Of a stretch of 64,000 nt of DNA, positions 18,796 through 27,422 are shown piece by piece. Both the position numbers and the translations under genes were made by a program. Source of the stretch: Vicinamibacterales bacterium (GTDB lineage: Bacteria > Acidobacteriota > Vicinamibacteria > Vicinamibacterales > UBA8438); assembly GCA_965247955.1 (NCBI GenBank), contig OZ252042.1, positions 2,032,323 through 2,096,322 on the forward strand, in the 5' to 3' direction. The notes beneath the pieces are model-generated. The model saw only the letters and a list, made by a program, of their open reading frames with translations. It had not been told where the DNA came from and ran no database searches. Every line of letters begins with the position of its first letter. Positions within the stretch are counted from its first letter, which is position 1.

Positions 18796-19338
18796 ATGAG
18801 GACTTTCGTGGGTCGCTTTCTGATACCCCTTGCGCTGTCAGGTGTACTGGTTGTTGCGCCCACACTGCGGGTGCTCTGCTACAGCTCATGCGTCCTCGAA
18901 GAGGGTCCGATGTCAGACACGATAGCTGCCTCGGATGCAGCGCCCGAGTGTCACAAACGCGACAGCCGTCACGATTCCACACGTGAATCCGGTTCTGCAC
19001 CCCCGCAAGGCGATTGCACGCATGAGGGTGACTCGTTCTCATCCGGCCTGTTAACTTCCGCGAAGTTAGTCGGAGATGACGCGCTGAGGATACCGGTGAT
19101 CGCGACGATCGCCGGCGGCCCACTTCGCGATCCGCTCGTCCGACATTCGTCGGGACTCCCGATCGAGACAGAGCGGCGATCGGTTACTCGGACGATTCCT
19201 CACTCCACTGCGGATCTGATCCGTCCACGCGCCCGACGCGCCTTCGGCGTCGGTGTCGTCGTTCCAAGTCACGAAATCGTAGGGCCCTCGGTCAGAAACT
19301 GTGACGGCCGGTCACCGCGCCGTCTCCAATTGGAGTGA
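18796..19338 (+). CDS. Putative secreted Cys/His-containing protein upstream of copA
   Basis: N-terminal signal-like helix FLIPLALSGVLVVAP. ...APECHKRDSRHDS...QGDCTHEGD. The extent of true coding is uncertain. Confidence 0.35.
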   Translation: MRTFVGRFLIPLALSGVLVVAPTLRVLCYSSCVLEEGPMSDTIAASDAAPECHKRDSRHDSTRESGSAPPQGDCTHEGDSFSSGLLTSAKLVGDDALRIPVIATIAGGPLRDPLVRHSSGLPIETERRSVTRTIPHSTADLIRPRARRAFGVGVVVPSHEIVGPSVRNCDGRSPRRLQLE

Positions 19339-19341
19339 CTC

Positions 19342-21066
19342 ATGGGTAGAAATTTTTCGAACGCGGCTGCCCGGCGACCATCGCGCCGGACGGTCGTCAA
19401 AGGACTGGCAGTCGGTGGCGCGGTAGCCAGTCTCGGCCTGTGGCGACCGTCCGCGTGGGCCTCCACCGATGTGGGGAGGCAACCGACCGCGCTCTCAGGG
19501 ACGGACTTCGACCTCACCATCGGCGAGAGGCTGATGGACTTCACCGGCTCACCCCGCCTCGCAGTCACCGTGAACGGTTCAGTTCCGGCTCCGACGCTAC
19601 ACTGGCGCGAGGGTGACTCGGTCACGCTGCGTGTGACGAACACACTCAGCGAGGACACATCGGTTCACTGGCACGGCATCTTGCTGCCAGCCAACATGGA
19701 CGGCGTCCCGGGGCTGAGCTTCAACGGGATTCGGCCGGGAGAGACGCACACGTATCGGTTCACAGTCCGGCAAGGGGGAACCTACTGGTATCACAGCCAT
19801 TCAGGGTTCCAGGAGCAAAAGGGGATGTACGGCGCACTCATCGTCGACCCCAGTGAGCCCGAGCCCTTCGGCTACGACCGTGACCACGTCGTGATGCTGT
19901 CGGACTGGACCGACGAGAACCCCGATCGGGTGTTCGCGAAACTCAAGAAGCAGGCCCACTACTACAACCTCCACCAGCGAACGCTCGGTGACTTCGTGCG
20001 GGATGTTCGCGGGCGCGGATTCGGACCGACCGTATCTGATCGACTGGCCTGGGGCGAGATGCGGATGACCCCGACCGACCTGGCGGATGTGACTGGCGCG
20101 ACATACACCTATCTGATGAACGGACACGCGCCCAACGGGAACTGGACGGGCCTCTTCCAGCCCGGTGAGCGCGTCCGGTTGCGGTTCGTCAACGGAGGAG
20201 CGGCAAGCTACTTCGACGTTCGGATTCCTGGTCTGAAGATGACGGTAGTGGCGGCTGACGGCCAGCACGTTCACCCGGTCACTGTGGACGAGTTTCGCAT
20301 CGCATCAGGCGAGACCTTGGATGTTCTCGTCAAGCCAGCGGGGCAGGACGCGTTCACGATCTGTGCACAGTCGATGGATCGGACAGGTTACGCCCGAGGC
20401 ACGCTGGCGGTTCGGGAAGGACTGAGCGCGCCGGTTCCCGAGGTCGACCCCCGACCCTTGCTCACGATGGCCGATGTGGGGCACGAGGTCCACGCCGGTC
20501 ACGAAATGGCCGCGATGAAAGGACACTCCGGCAGCGGTGCCATGCAATCCCATCCGGCAAGTGAGCACGGCAACCCTCTGGTCGATATGCAGACAATGCT
20601 GCCCGCGTCTCGTCTCGACGACCCAGGGATCGGCCTCCGTCGAAACGGTCGCCGCGTGCTGAGCTATGCGCATCTCAAGAGTCTCTTTGCCGATCCGGAC
20701 GGTCGCGAGCCAAGCAGGATCGTCGAGCTGCATCTGACAGGGCATATGGAGCGGTTCGTCTGGGCGTTCGACGGCATCAAGTTCTCCGATGCCGCTCCGC
20801 TGCAACTTACGTATGGTGAGCGAATGCGTGTCGTCCTGGTCAACGACACGATGATGGCTCATCCGATTCATCTGCACGGGATGTGGAGCGACATCGAGGA
20901 CGACGACGGTCAGTTCCACCTCCGCAAGCACGTGGTGGACATGCCGCCCGGCACCAGACGCAGCTTCCGCGTACGGGCCGATGCACTCGGTCGGTGGGCC
21001 TTTCATTGTCATCTGCTCTATCACATGGCAGCCGGGATGTTCCGGGAAGTGCGGGTTGACGCATGA
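19342..21066 (+). CDS. copA: Multicopper oxidase, copper resistance protein A
   Basis: Twin-arginine signal SRRTVVKGLAVGG...AWA. Copper-site motifs HWHG, WYHSH, HPIHLHG, HCHLLYHMAAGM. Confidence 0.9.
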   Translation: MGRNFSNAAARRPSRRTVVKGLAVGGAVASLGLWRPSAWASTDVGRQPTALSGTDFDLTIGERLMDFTGSPRLAVTVNGSVPAPTLHWREGDSVTLRVTNTLSEDTSVHWHGILLPANMDGVPGLSFNGIRPGETHTYRFTVRQGGTYWYHSHSGFQEQKGMYGALIVDPSEPEPFGYDRDHVVMLSDWTDENPDRVFAKLKKQAHYYNLHQRTLGDFVRDVRGRGFGPTVSDRLAWGEMRMTPTDLADVTGATYTYLMNGHAPNGNWTGLFQPGERVRLRFVNGGAASYFDVRIPGLKMTVVAADGQHVHPVTVDEFRIASGETLDVLVKPAGQDAFTICAQSMDRTGYARGTLAVREGLSAPVPEVDPRPLLTMADVGHEVHAGHEMAAMKGHSGSGAMQSHPASEHGNPLVDMQTMLPASRLDDPGIGLRRNGRRVLSYAHLKSLFADPDGREPSRIVELHLTGHMERFVWAFDGIKFSDAAPLQLTYGERMRVVLVNDTMMAHPIHLHGMWSDIEDDDGQFHLRKHVVDMPPGTRRSFRVRADALGRWAFHCHLLYHMAAGMFREVRVDA

Positions 21067-21917
21067 AGGGAACGAGGATCGTGCGCGCTGTGGCAGTGGC
21101 CGTTTTCGTCGCCGTATGGTCAGCGCTGCCCGATGCCCAGCAGGATCGACCGACCGCTTCTGCCGAGCACACGACCCACAAACGTGCTGGTCAGGAGCAG
21201 ATCGAGCCGACGACGCCCATCCCGCCGATCACGGAGGCCGACCGGGCTGCGGCGTTTCCGGACGTCGAGCCTCACGCGATTGGCGACAACGCGGTGTACA
21301 CGTTTGTTTTGCTCGACGAGCTGGAATGGCAGGGGGACCCGTCTGCGGGCGGGCTGAACTGGGACGCCAAGGGGTGGGTCGGGGGCGACCGAAATCGCCT
21401 GTGGTTCCGAGCGGAGGGCCAGGCAGATGACGGAAATCTCGACGATGCTGAGGCTCATGTGTTGTACGGGCGAGCCATTGCCCGCTGGTGGGATGTCGTG
21501 GTGGGTGTCCGCCAGGATGTGCGCCCCGGTCCCGCTCAGACCTGGGCCGCGTTCGGCGTGCAGGGGGTGGCTCCGTACTGGTTCGAGGTGGAGGCGACCG
21601 GCTATGTTAGCGACGGCGGACAGACAGCGGTTCGGTTGGAGGCGGATTACGAGCTACTGCTAACTAATCGCCTCGTGCTACGGCCACTCGTCGAGTTCAA
21701 TCTGTATGGCAAGAGCAACCTGGAACGAGGAATCGGCTCCGGTCTCAGTAGCGCGGACGTCGGCGTGCGGATGCGGTACGAGGTTCGTCGTGAGTTGGCT
21801 CCGTATGTCGGCGTGACATGGCACAACTCGTTTGGTGAGACGCGAGAGCTGGCTGAAGCGTCCGGCGACGGCGCATCTCGCCTGCGATTGGTCGCGGGTC
21901 TGCGGCTCTGGCACTGA
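21063..21917 (+). CDS. copB: Copper resistance protein B (outer membrane)
   Basis: ATGA overlap with copA. ...LDELEWQ...WVGGDRNRLWFRAEG...GVQGVAPYWFEVEATGYVS...GVRMRYEVRRELAPYVGVTW matches the CopB family pattern. Confidence 0.85.
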   Translation: MKGTRIVRAVAVAVFVAVWSALPDAQQDRPTASAEHTTHKRAGQEQIEPTTPIPPITEADRAAAFPDVEPHAIGDNAVYTFVLLDELEWQGDPSAGGLNWDAKGWVGGDRNRLWFRAEGQADDGNLDDAEAHVLYGRAIARWWDVVVGVRQDVRPGPAQTWAAFGVQGVAPYWFEVEATGYVSDGGQTAVRLEADYELLLTNRLVLRPLVEFNLYGKSNLERGIGSGLSSADVGVRMRYEVRRELAPYVGVTWHNSFGETRELAEASGDGASRLRLVAGLRLWH

Positions 21918-21935
21918 GCCGACCGACACCATGAA

Positions 21936-21973
21936 TTGTCCTGGACTCTGGACCTCACTCCAGGGTGCATACT
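21936..21973 (+). promoter_or_regulatory. MerR/CueR-type operator-promoter-like dyad
   Basis: Imperfect inverted repeat cctggact-N9-actccagg lying between a -35-like tggact and a -10-like catact with a long (~20 nt) spacer. Confidence 0.4.
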
Positions 21974-21983
21974 CTTCGTAGAG

Positions 21984-22100
21984 ATGTCGGACAAGAGGTA
22001 TCGCATCGGGGAACTGGTAACGCTCACCGGCTTAACTCCTGACGCGCTGCGCTTCTACGAGCGGCAAGGCGTGCTCGATGAGCGAACCCGCTCAGCTAGG
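21984..22100 (+). pseudogene. MerR-family regulator, N-terminal HTH fragment only
   Basis: MSDKRYRIGELVTLTGLTPDALRFYERQGVLDE... then similarity is lost. No dimerisation helix or metal-binding Cys. Confidence 0.6.
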
Positions 22101-22142
22101 CATGATCCGGGATCATCCGGGATCATCCGGGATGACCCCGGG
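22101..22142. repeat. 10-bp tandem repeat (gatcatccgg) x ~4
   Basis: catgatccgg gatcatccgg gatcatccgg gatgaccccgg, read directly. Confidence 0.8.
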
Positions 22143-22606
22143 ATGCGACTCGCGCGAGGACAACAACTTAGGGGGATCGGGCGACACAATTGTGGTGCAA
22201 GACTTTTGATCCATGAAAGTCCCTTCAAACGGCGTTTTCTGGGCGTTTTTGGGTGTGGCCGGGCCGGAGCCAGGTCATCGAGCTCGCCGCCGGTGGAGAC
22301 GGCCGCCGACACCGTCGGTGCGGCCATCGAGTCGGAAACGGCGCGCCTCGAGACGGAGACGCGCGGGCTGGTGGCTGATGCCGAAGCCGCGCTCGACGAC
22401 GCGCGCCCGGCGATCGACGAGCTCGATGACGAAGATGCCGCCGGACTGCGGGCGGACGTCGAGGCTGTGGAGTCTTCACTCGCCGCGGTCGAATCGGACC
22501 TTCAGGCTGAAGCCTATGCGGACGCCAATCAAGGCGCCCGGTCCGCCTTGTCCGCGGCCCGCGACATCGGGAGCTCGCCCAATGGGGCGCGGATTGCACC
22601 CGTGTC

Positions 22607-23539
22607 GTGTTCGGCAACCGGCTCGACACGCGCCCCGAAGACCCGGCGTCCCTGCGCAGCTTGGTGGCCCAGCGCACGCCCGTCTTGGTCATCATCGACA
22701 CTTTGACGCTCTTGGCGAGCGTGCTGGGCATTCGCGATCTCCACGGGGCCGGCGATCTCGGAGTGGCCTTAGCGGGCTTGGCCGCGCTCGCGCGAGACTC
22801 GGACGCGGCGATTGTCATCTTGCACCACAACCGCAAGAACCCGAGCGGCACGTCGACGACGGGTGACAAGTTCGGCGAATACCGCGACTCGACGGCGATT
22901 GGTGCGGCGGCCGATATGATCGTGTCGCTCAGCCCGGAATCGGGGGCGCGAACCCGCCGACTCACGCTCAAGGGGCGCTGGTTCGAGCCGACGCTCATCG
23001 TCACGCTCGGCCCCGAGGGCTACACGCTGCAACCGGCCGACGAGCCGACCGCCACGGACGAGACGACGGACACGCCCGCGCCACGCCCCTCTGACCAACG
23101 GGTGCTGCTGCACCTGCTCCGCTGCGACCCACAAGCGCGCCCCGGTGCAGCGGCGCTCGCGGAGGCTCTCGATTGCTCCGGCCGACGCTATCAGGATCTC
23201 CGCAAGGCGCTCGATGGGCTGGTTGATGCTGGCAACATCGACTACGACCAGCGACCCGGCACAACCAAGAAGCGTGATCAGGGGTATGCGCTGACGGCCC
23301 AAGGGCGCTCCCGAGCCGAGCACATGCGAATCGCACTGCTGAATGCGTGTTCCGCGATTTCCGCCAATGGGAAATTGAGCGGAAATCAGTCGGAAACCGA
23401 ATCGGAAATCGAGTCTGACACCAGTGGATTTCCATTTCCCGATTTCCCACAGGGGGGGGTGGGCGGAAATGGAAATGGAAATCCACTTAAGAATGCCAGT
23501 GTGGGCGGCCCCGATGGCGACGACTTCAGCCGGTTCTGA
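22607..23539 (+). pseudogene. RecA-like ATPase (AAA_25/RepA-type) of integrative elements, N-terminally truncated, with C-terminal winged helix
   Basis: Walker B-like PVLVIIDTLTLL and ...AIVILHHNRKN... are present but no Walker A upstream. C-terminal ...RVLLHLLRC...LAEALDCSGRRYQDLRKALDGLVDAGNI. Confidence 0.55.
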
Positions 23540-23567
23540 GCGCGTCTCGCTCAAGGGTGGCCTCACC

Positions 23568-23756
23568 GTGTCGGTTCAGGCGCTTCAGATCCTCTGGGAT
23601 CTCGAAGGCCGAGGGTTACAGTGCTGGCTCGATGGGGGCGTGCTCTGCATTGGCCCGACTGACATGATCACGCCCGACGATCGCGTGACGATCACCGACT
23701 ATCGTGATGAGCTGTACGCCCTGCTTGCGCCGAACGAGCGGGTGGCCTCAGCGTGA
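23568..23756 (+). CDS. Small hypothetical protein next to the integrase
   Basis: VSVQALQILWDLEGRGLQCWLDGGVLCIGP...ITDYRDELYALL. Start (GTG 23568) uncertain. Confidence 0.4.
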   Translation: MSVQALQILWDLEGRGLQCWLDGGVLCIGPTDMITPDDRVTITDYRDELYALLAPNERVASA

Positions 23757-23771
23757 GCGTAACGGGACCAC

Positions 23772-24965
23772 CTACCCGCTGAGGTAGGCCGCCCAGTCGT
23801 CCATCAGCCGGCGGCGGCGCTCGAATAAATCCGACCGCGCGTACGCCGCCTCGACCTTGTTGGGGTTGGTGTGCGCGAGCGCGGCTTCGATGACGTCGCG
23901 GGGATGATTCGTGCGTTCGGCGGCCCAATCCCGAAAGCTCGACCGAAAGCCATGTGGCACGGCCGCAATGCTCAATTTTTTGGTCCACCTCGACAGCGCG
24001 TTGTCAGACAGCGGCTTCCCCTGCCGGGGGAAGACGAGCCTGCTCCTGTCGCCCAGGCTCCGCGCGTCGGTCAGAATCGCGACGGCCCGTTCGCACAGCG
24101 GAACGCGGTGCTCACGCTGCATTTTCATGCGCGGGGCGGGGATGGTCCACACGGCCGCGTCCACGTCGACTTCGTCCCACCGGGCCAAGCGCACTTCTCC
24201 CGACCGGGCCGCCGTGAGCACCAGGAACTCAAACGCGAGCTTGATGGGGACCAAGGCAGCGGACGCTCGTACGGCCGCGATCGCGCTGGCCACCGCACTG
24301 TGGGACAGGGCGGGCATGTGGCGCTTTACGAGCGGCTTTCGCGGCCACGCCTGGGTCAGTGCGTCGCCGGTAGGATTGTCCAGCCGATAGCCTTGAGCCA
24401 CGGCCCACTTCATGACCGCCCCGATCTTCCGGCGCACGCGCCGCGCCGTGTCGGGCTTGGCGTGCCAGATCGGTGTGAGGATGGCGAGCACGTCGGCCGT
24501 CGTTATCTCGGAGACCACTCGCGTGCCGATGTGCGGATGGGCGTAGGTCTGAAGCCGCGCCTCCCAATCCCGCGCAGTCTGCGCGTTGCGCCAGCCGGGA
24601 CGGTGGAGCGCAATCACCTTGGCGGTGGCTTCCGCGAACGTGGGCACGCCCCGCGCAAGGTGCCGCTCAGCGAGTGGGTCTCCACCCGACCGGGCGAGCT
24701 TCCGGTTCACGAGCGCCTGTTCGCGCGCCTCGGCCAGCGACACGACCGCGCAGCCGCCGAGCCCGAGGGTCCGGGACCGGCCTCGGATCACGAGCCGTTG
24801 TTCCCAGCGGCGGGCGCCCGAGGGGTCGACGAGCAGATACAGGCCGTTGCCGTCGCAGTAGCGCCCGGCCTCGGCGACGGATCGGACAAAGGCGGCCGAA
24901 AGCGCCTTGTCGGGATGCCGCCCGCGTGGCTTGGTCCTGCGAGCTGTCTTGGGGTAGGTGTTCAC
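23772..24965 (-). CDS. int: Tyrosine recombinase/integrase, P4-type
   Basis: N-terminal ...YCDGNGLYLLVDPSGARRWEQR... (arm-binding domain). Catalytic region ...LTAARSGEVRLARW...HGFRSSFRDWAAE...EAALAHT...AYARSD (R..H-x-x-R..H..Y). Confidence 0.9.
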   Translation of the reverse strand: MNTYPKTARRTKPRGRHPDKALSAAFVRSVAEAGRYCDGNGLYLLVDPSGARRWEQRLVIRGRSRTLGLGGCAVVSLAEAREQALVNRKLARSGGDPLAERHLARGVPTFAEATAKVIALHRPGWRNAQTARDWEARLQTYAHPHIGTRVVSEITTADVLAILTPIWHAKPDTARRVRRKIGAVMKWAVAQGYRLDNPTGDALTQAWPRKPLVKRHMPALSHSAVASAIAAVRASAALVPIKLAFEFLVLTAARSGEVRLARWDEVDVDAAVWTIPAPRMKMQREHRVPLCERAVAILTDARSLGDRSRLVFPRQGKPLSDNALSRWTKKLSIAAVPHGFRSSFRDWAAERTNHPRDVIEAALAHTNPNKVEAAYARSDLFERRRRLMDDWAAYLSG

Positions 24966-25113
24966 AAACTATTCAACCAACAATTAATTTTATGAATATA
25001 GCGAAAGTAAGAGGAACAATCAAGACGATGAGTAGCGAAGATGTGTGTTTATTAAGCAATCTTACAAGAAATATGGCAGATGTTCTTGGAACGCCATGGA
25101 CAGCGAAAGCCTA

Positions 25114-25127
25114 CCGCTGTGGGTGCC
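25114..25127. repeat. Right copy of the 14-bp direct repeat ccgctgtgggtgcc
   Basis: Identical to 15644-15657. Contiguous 25-mer ccgctgtgggtgccttccactcacg here. Confidence 0.75.
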
Positions 25128-25248
25128 TTCCACTCACGAGGGGGCACCGTCGATGCTCAACGGCTATCCCTACGTCGTCAATGGCCACATGGACAGCGTG
25201 GCCGCAGGGAAGGTGCCCATCCTCTTCGGCAACTTCAGCTACTACGGC
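25114..25248 (+). pseudogene. Major capsid protein (HK97 family), internal 3' fragment
   Basis: PLWVPSTHEGAPSMLNGYPYVVNGHMDSVAAGKVPILFGNFSYYG continues the 14633-15657 reading frame logically. It ends again in low-GC unrelated sequence at ~25249. Confidence 0.7.
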
Positions 25249-25399
25249 AATAGGACAGGAATAGCCGTAACGCATTGCAGTAAATGCACTTATAAGATCG
25301 ATATGTCGTGTGAGGCTACGGTTCCGTCTACATGGGCCACTGCGGGGACCCCTGAGCGGCTTGGCTGTGCCGCGTGAGGGACCGGCGGGGGGAGTTGCG

Positions 25400-26908
25400 A
25401 TGCAACACACACGGACGCTGCTCGACTGGATCGGCGCGTTGACGGTGACGCAGGGGCGGCTCGCCGGGCAGCCGTTCGTCGTGCTGCCGTGGCAGCGGCG
25501 ATTCCTGCGGGGCGCGTTCGCGGACGGCGTCTCGAGCGCGGCCGTGTCGATGGGCCGGGGCAACGGCAAGTCGGCGTTCACGGCGGCGATTGTGACGGCG
25601 GCCATCGCGGGGCCGTTAGCGCGGGCGCGGGCCGACGTGGTGTGCGTCGCGTCGAGCTTCACGCAGGCGCGGATCATCTACGAGCACACCCTGGCGTTCC
25701 TGCAGCCGTGGCTCGAGACCGAGCCGTCCCGGTGGCGCATCCAGGATTCGGCGAACCGCGCGGTCATCGAGGATCGGACAACGGGGACGCGCGTCCGCTG
25801 CATCGGCTCGGACCCGAGGCGGGCGCATGGCCTCGCTCCGCTGTTGGTGTTAGCAGACGAACCGGCGCAATGGCCGGTGAACATCTCCGACCGGATGCGG
25901 GCCGCGCTCGACACGGCGCTTGGGAAGATCCCGCAGAGCCGGTTCATCGCGCTCGGGACCCGGCCGGCCGACGACGGGCATTGGTTCGCGCACCTGCTCC
26001 GTGGAGGGCCGGACGTCTACCGCCAGTGTCACGCGGCCAGGCGCGATGATCCGCCGTTCAGGAAACAGACATGGCGGCGAGCGAATCCGTCCTTGCCGCT
26101 GATGCCAGATCTTGAAGCGGCGATTCGGACGGAAGCCAAACGGGCGACGCGGGACTCGGCGCTGCTCCCGGCGTTTCAGGCGCTCCGCTTGAACTTGGGC
26201 ACCTCGGACACCGAACGGGCGGCGCTGCTGTCGGCCGGGACATGGGAGCGCACCGAGGGCGACGCGGCCCGTCAGGGACCGTGCATCTGGGGTATCGACG
26301 CGGGCGCGACGGCGGCCATGACGGCGTGTGCCGCCTTCTGGCCCGACACCGGCCGCTTGGAGACCGTCGCCGCGTTTCCGAGTGAACCGTCGTTGGCCGA
26401 CCGGGGCCTGCGGGATGGCGTGGGGGATCTGTATGCGGACATGGCGGTGCGTGGCGACCTGGTCACGCTCGGCGGGCACGTTGTACCGCTCGACGCCTTC
26501 CTGCGCGTCGCGCGGGATCGGTTCGACACGCCGACGGCGATTGTGGCGGATCGCTGGAGAGACGGCGAGTTGCGGGATGCGCTGGACGCGGCTGGCATTC
26601 CACGCTGCGCGTTCCTCTTGCGGGGCCAAGGCTTCAAGGATGGGGCGGAAGACGTGCGGGCGTTTCGGACGGCGTGCTTAACCGGCCGCGTCACACCTAT
26701 CGTGTCGCTGCTCTTGCGGGCGGCCATGCGCGAAGCGACGGTGATCGCCGATCCGGCTGGCAACGAGAAGTTGGCGAAGGCCACCGAAGGCGGGCGGCGG
26801 TTCCGCGCGAAGGATGACGCGGCGGCGGCGGCGATTCTCGCCGTCAGCGCCGGCGTCCGACACGAGCGCCCGAGGCCGTCGCGCGGCGTCTATCTCGGCG
26901 TCGCGTAA
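25400..26908 (+). CDS. Second-type terminase-large-subunit-like protein (copy B2, intact)
   Basis: RBS ggggggag plus ATG 25400. GRGNGKSAFTAAIV (Walker A), LVLADEP (Walker B). Collinear with copy B1 without a frameshift. Confidence 0.8.
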   Translation: MQHTRTLLDWIGALTVTQGRLAGQPFVVLPWQRRFLRGAFADGVSSAAVSMGRGNGKSAFTAAIVTAAIAGPLARARADVVCVASSFTQARIIYEHTLAFLQPWLETEPSRWRIQDSANRAVIEDRTTGTRVRCIGSDPRRAHGLAPLLVLADEPAQWPVNISDRMRAALDTALGKIPQSRFIALGTRPADDGHWFAHLLRGGPDVYRQCHAARRDDPPFRKQTWRRANPSLPLMPDLEAAIRTEAKRATRDSALLPAFQALRLNLGTSDTERAALLSAGTWERTEGDAARQGPCIWGIDAGATAAMTACAAFWPDTGRLETVAAFPSEPSLADRGLRDGVGDLYADMAVRGDLVTLGGHVVPLDAFLRVARDRFDTPTAIVADRWRDGELRDALDAAGIPRCAFLLRGQGFKDGAEDVRAFRTACLTGRVTPIVSLLLRAAMREATVIADPAGNEKLAKATEGGRRFRAKDDAAAAAILAVSAGVRHERPRPSRGVYLGVA

Positions 26909-27201
26909 TGGCCGGGCGACGGGGACGGACGGTGTATCGGGACCACCAATGGACGGGGGCGCGATCCCGTGCGTTGGCACGCGCGGCGTACCGGTGCCAG
27001 GTGTGCGGCGGCGCGGGACGGCTCGAAGTGCACCATCGGCGGCCGCTGGCTGTGGGCGGGGCCGCCTTTGCGATCGACAACCTGGAGGTGCGCTGCCGAC
27101 GGTGTCACTTCGCGGCGCATCATCCGCCCCGACACACCCCGTGGGATCGATTGGTGAACGAACTACTGGTCTACCGGGTCCAAGTCGGACCCCGTAGGTG
27201 A
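26908..27201 (+). CDS. HNH endonuclease (copy B2)
   Basis: YRCQVCG...LEVHHRRPL...NLEVRCRRCH. TAATG overlap. Confidence 0.8.
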   Translation: MAGRRGRTVYRDHQWTGARSRALARAAYRCQVCGGAGRLEVHHRRPLAVGGAAFAIDNLEVRCRRCHFAAHHPPRHTPWDRLVNELLVYRVQVGPRR

Positions 27202-27217
27202 ACGAAGGGATACAGAC

Positions 27218-27422
27218 ATGACGACTGGACAACGACTGCAATTGCGGCTGAGTGAGATCCGGCAGACGCTCAACGAGCTGTCGGGACTCGACACCCCGAC
27301 GGACGCACAGCGTACCGAGATGGCCACGCTGGCGACGGAATACCGCGCGAAGGAAACCCAGTGGCGGGCGGCCACCATCGCGGAGGCCGACGCGCCGGAG
27401 ACGCGCGCCGATGATGGCGAAG
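27218..27422 (+). pseudogene. Second-type capsid-like gene (copy B2), first ~68 codons only
   Basis: MTTGQRLQLRLSEIRQTLNELSGLDTPTDAQRTEMATL... parallels 17608-17812. Similarity ends exactly after ...ETRADDGE. Confidence 0.6.

Larger units (their letters stand above)
15658..25113. mobile_element. Integrase-bearing island inserted in the prophage capsid gene (satellite-like or nested element) with a copper-resistance cargo
   Basis: Bounded by direct repeats. Low-GC arms at both ends. P4-type integrase next to the right end. Interrupts the capsid ORF, whose continuation resumes at 25114. Confidence 0.75.

Noticed and set aside
22270-22600. Acidic coiled-coil ORF segment (…ETAADTVGAAIESETARLETETRGLVADAEAALDDARPAIDELDDEDAAGLRADVEAVESSLAAVESDLQAEAY…)
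   Set aside because: It looks coding, but it has no identifiable start, family or partner and lies between two truncation points. It is treated as a gene fragment within the rearranged cargo region rather than a called CDS.
25249-25380. Possibility that NRTGIAVTH... after ...FSYYG is the genuine capsid C-terminus
   Set aside because: Codon usage switches abruptly to rare A/T-rich codons (aat agg aca gga ata gta), and the peptide (…HCSKCTYKIDMSCEATVPSTW…) lacks the expected HK97 C-terminal pattern. It is interpreted as the low-GC arm of the second inserted module.
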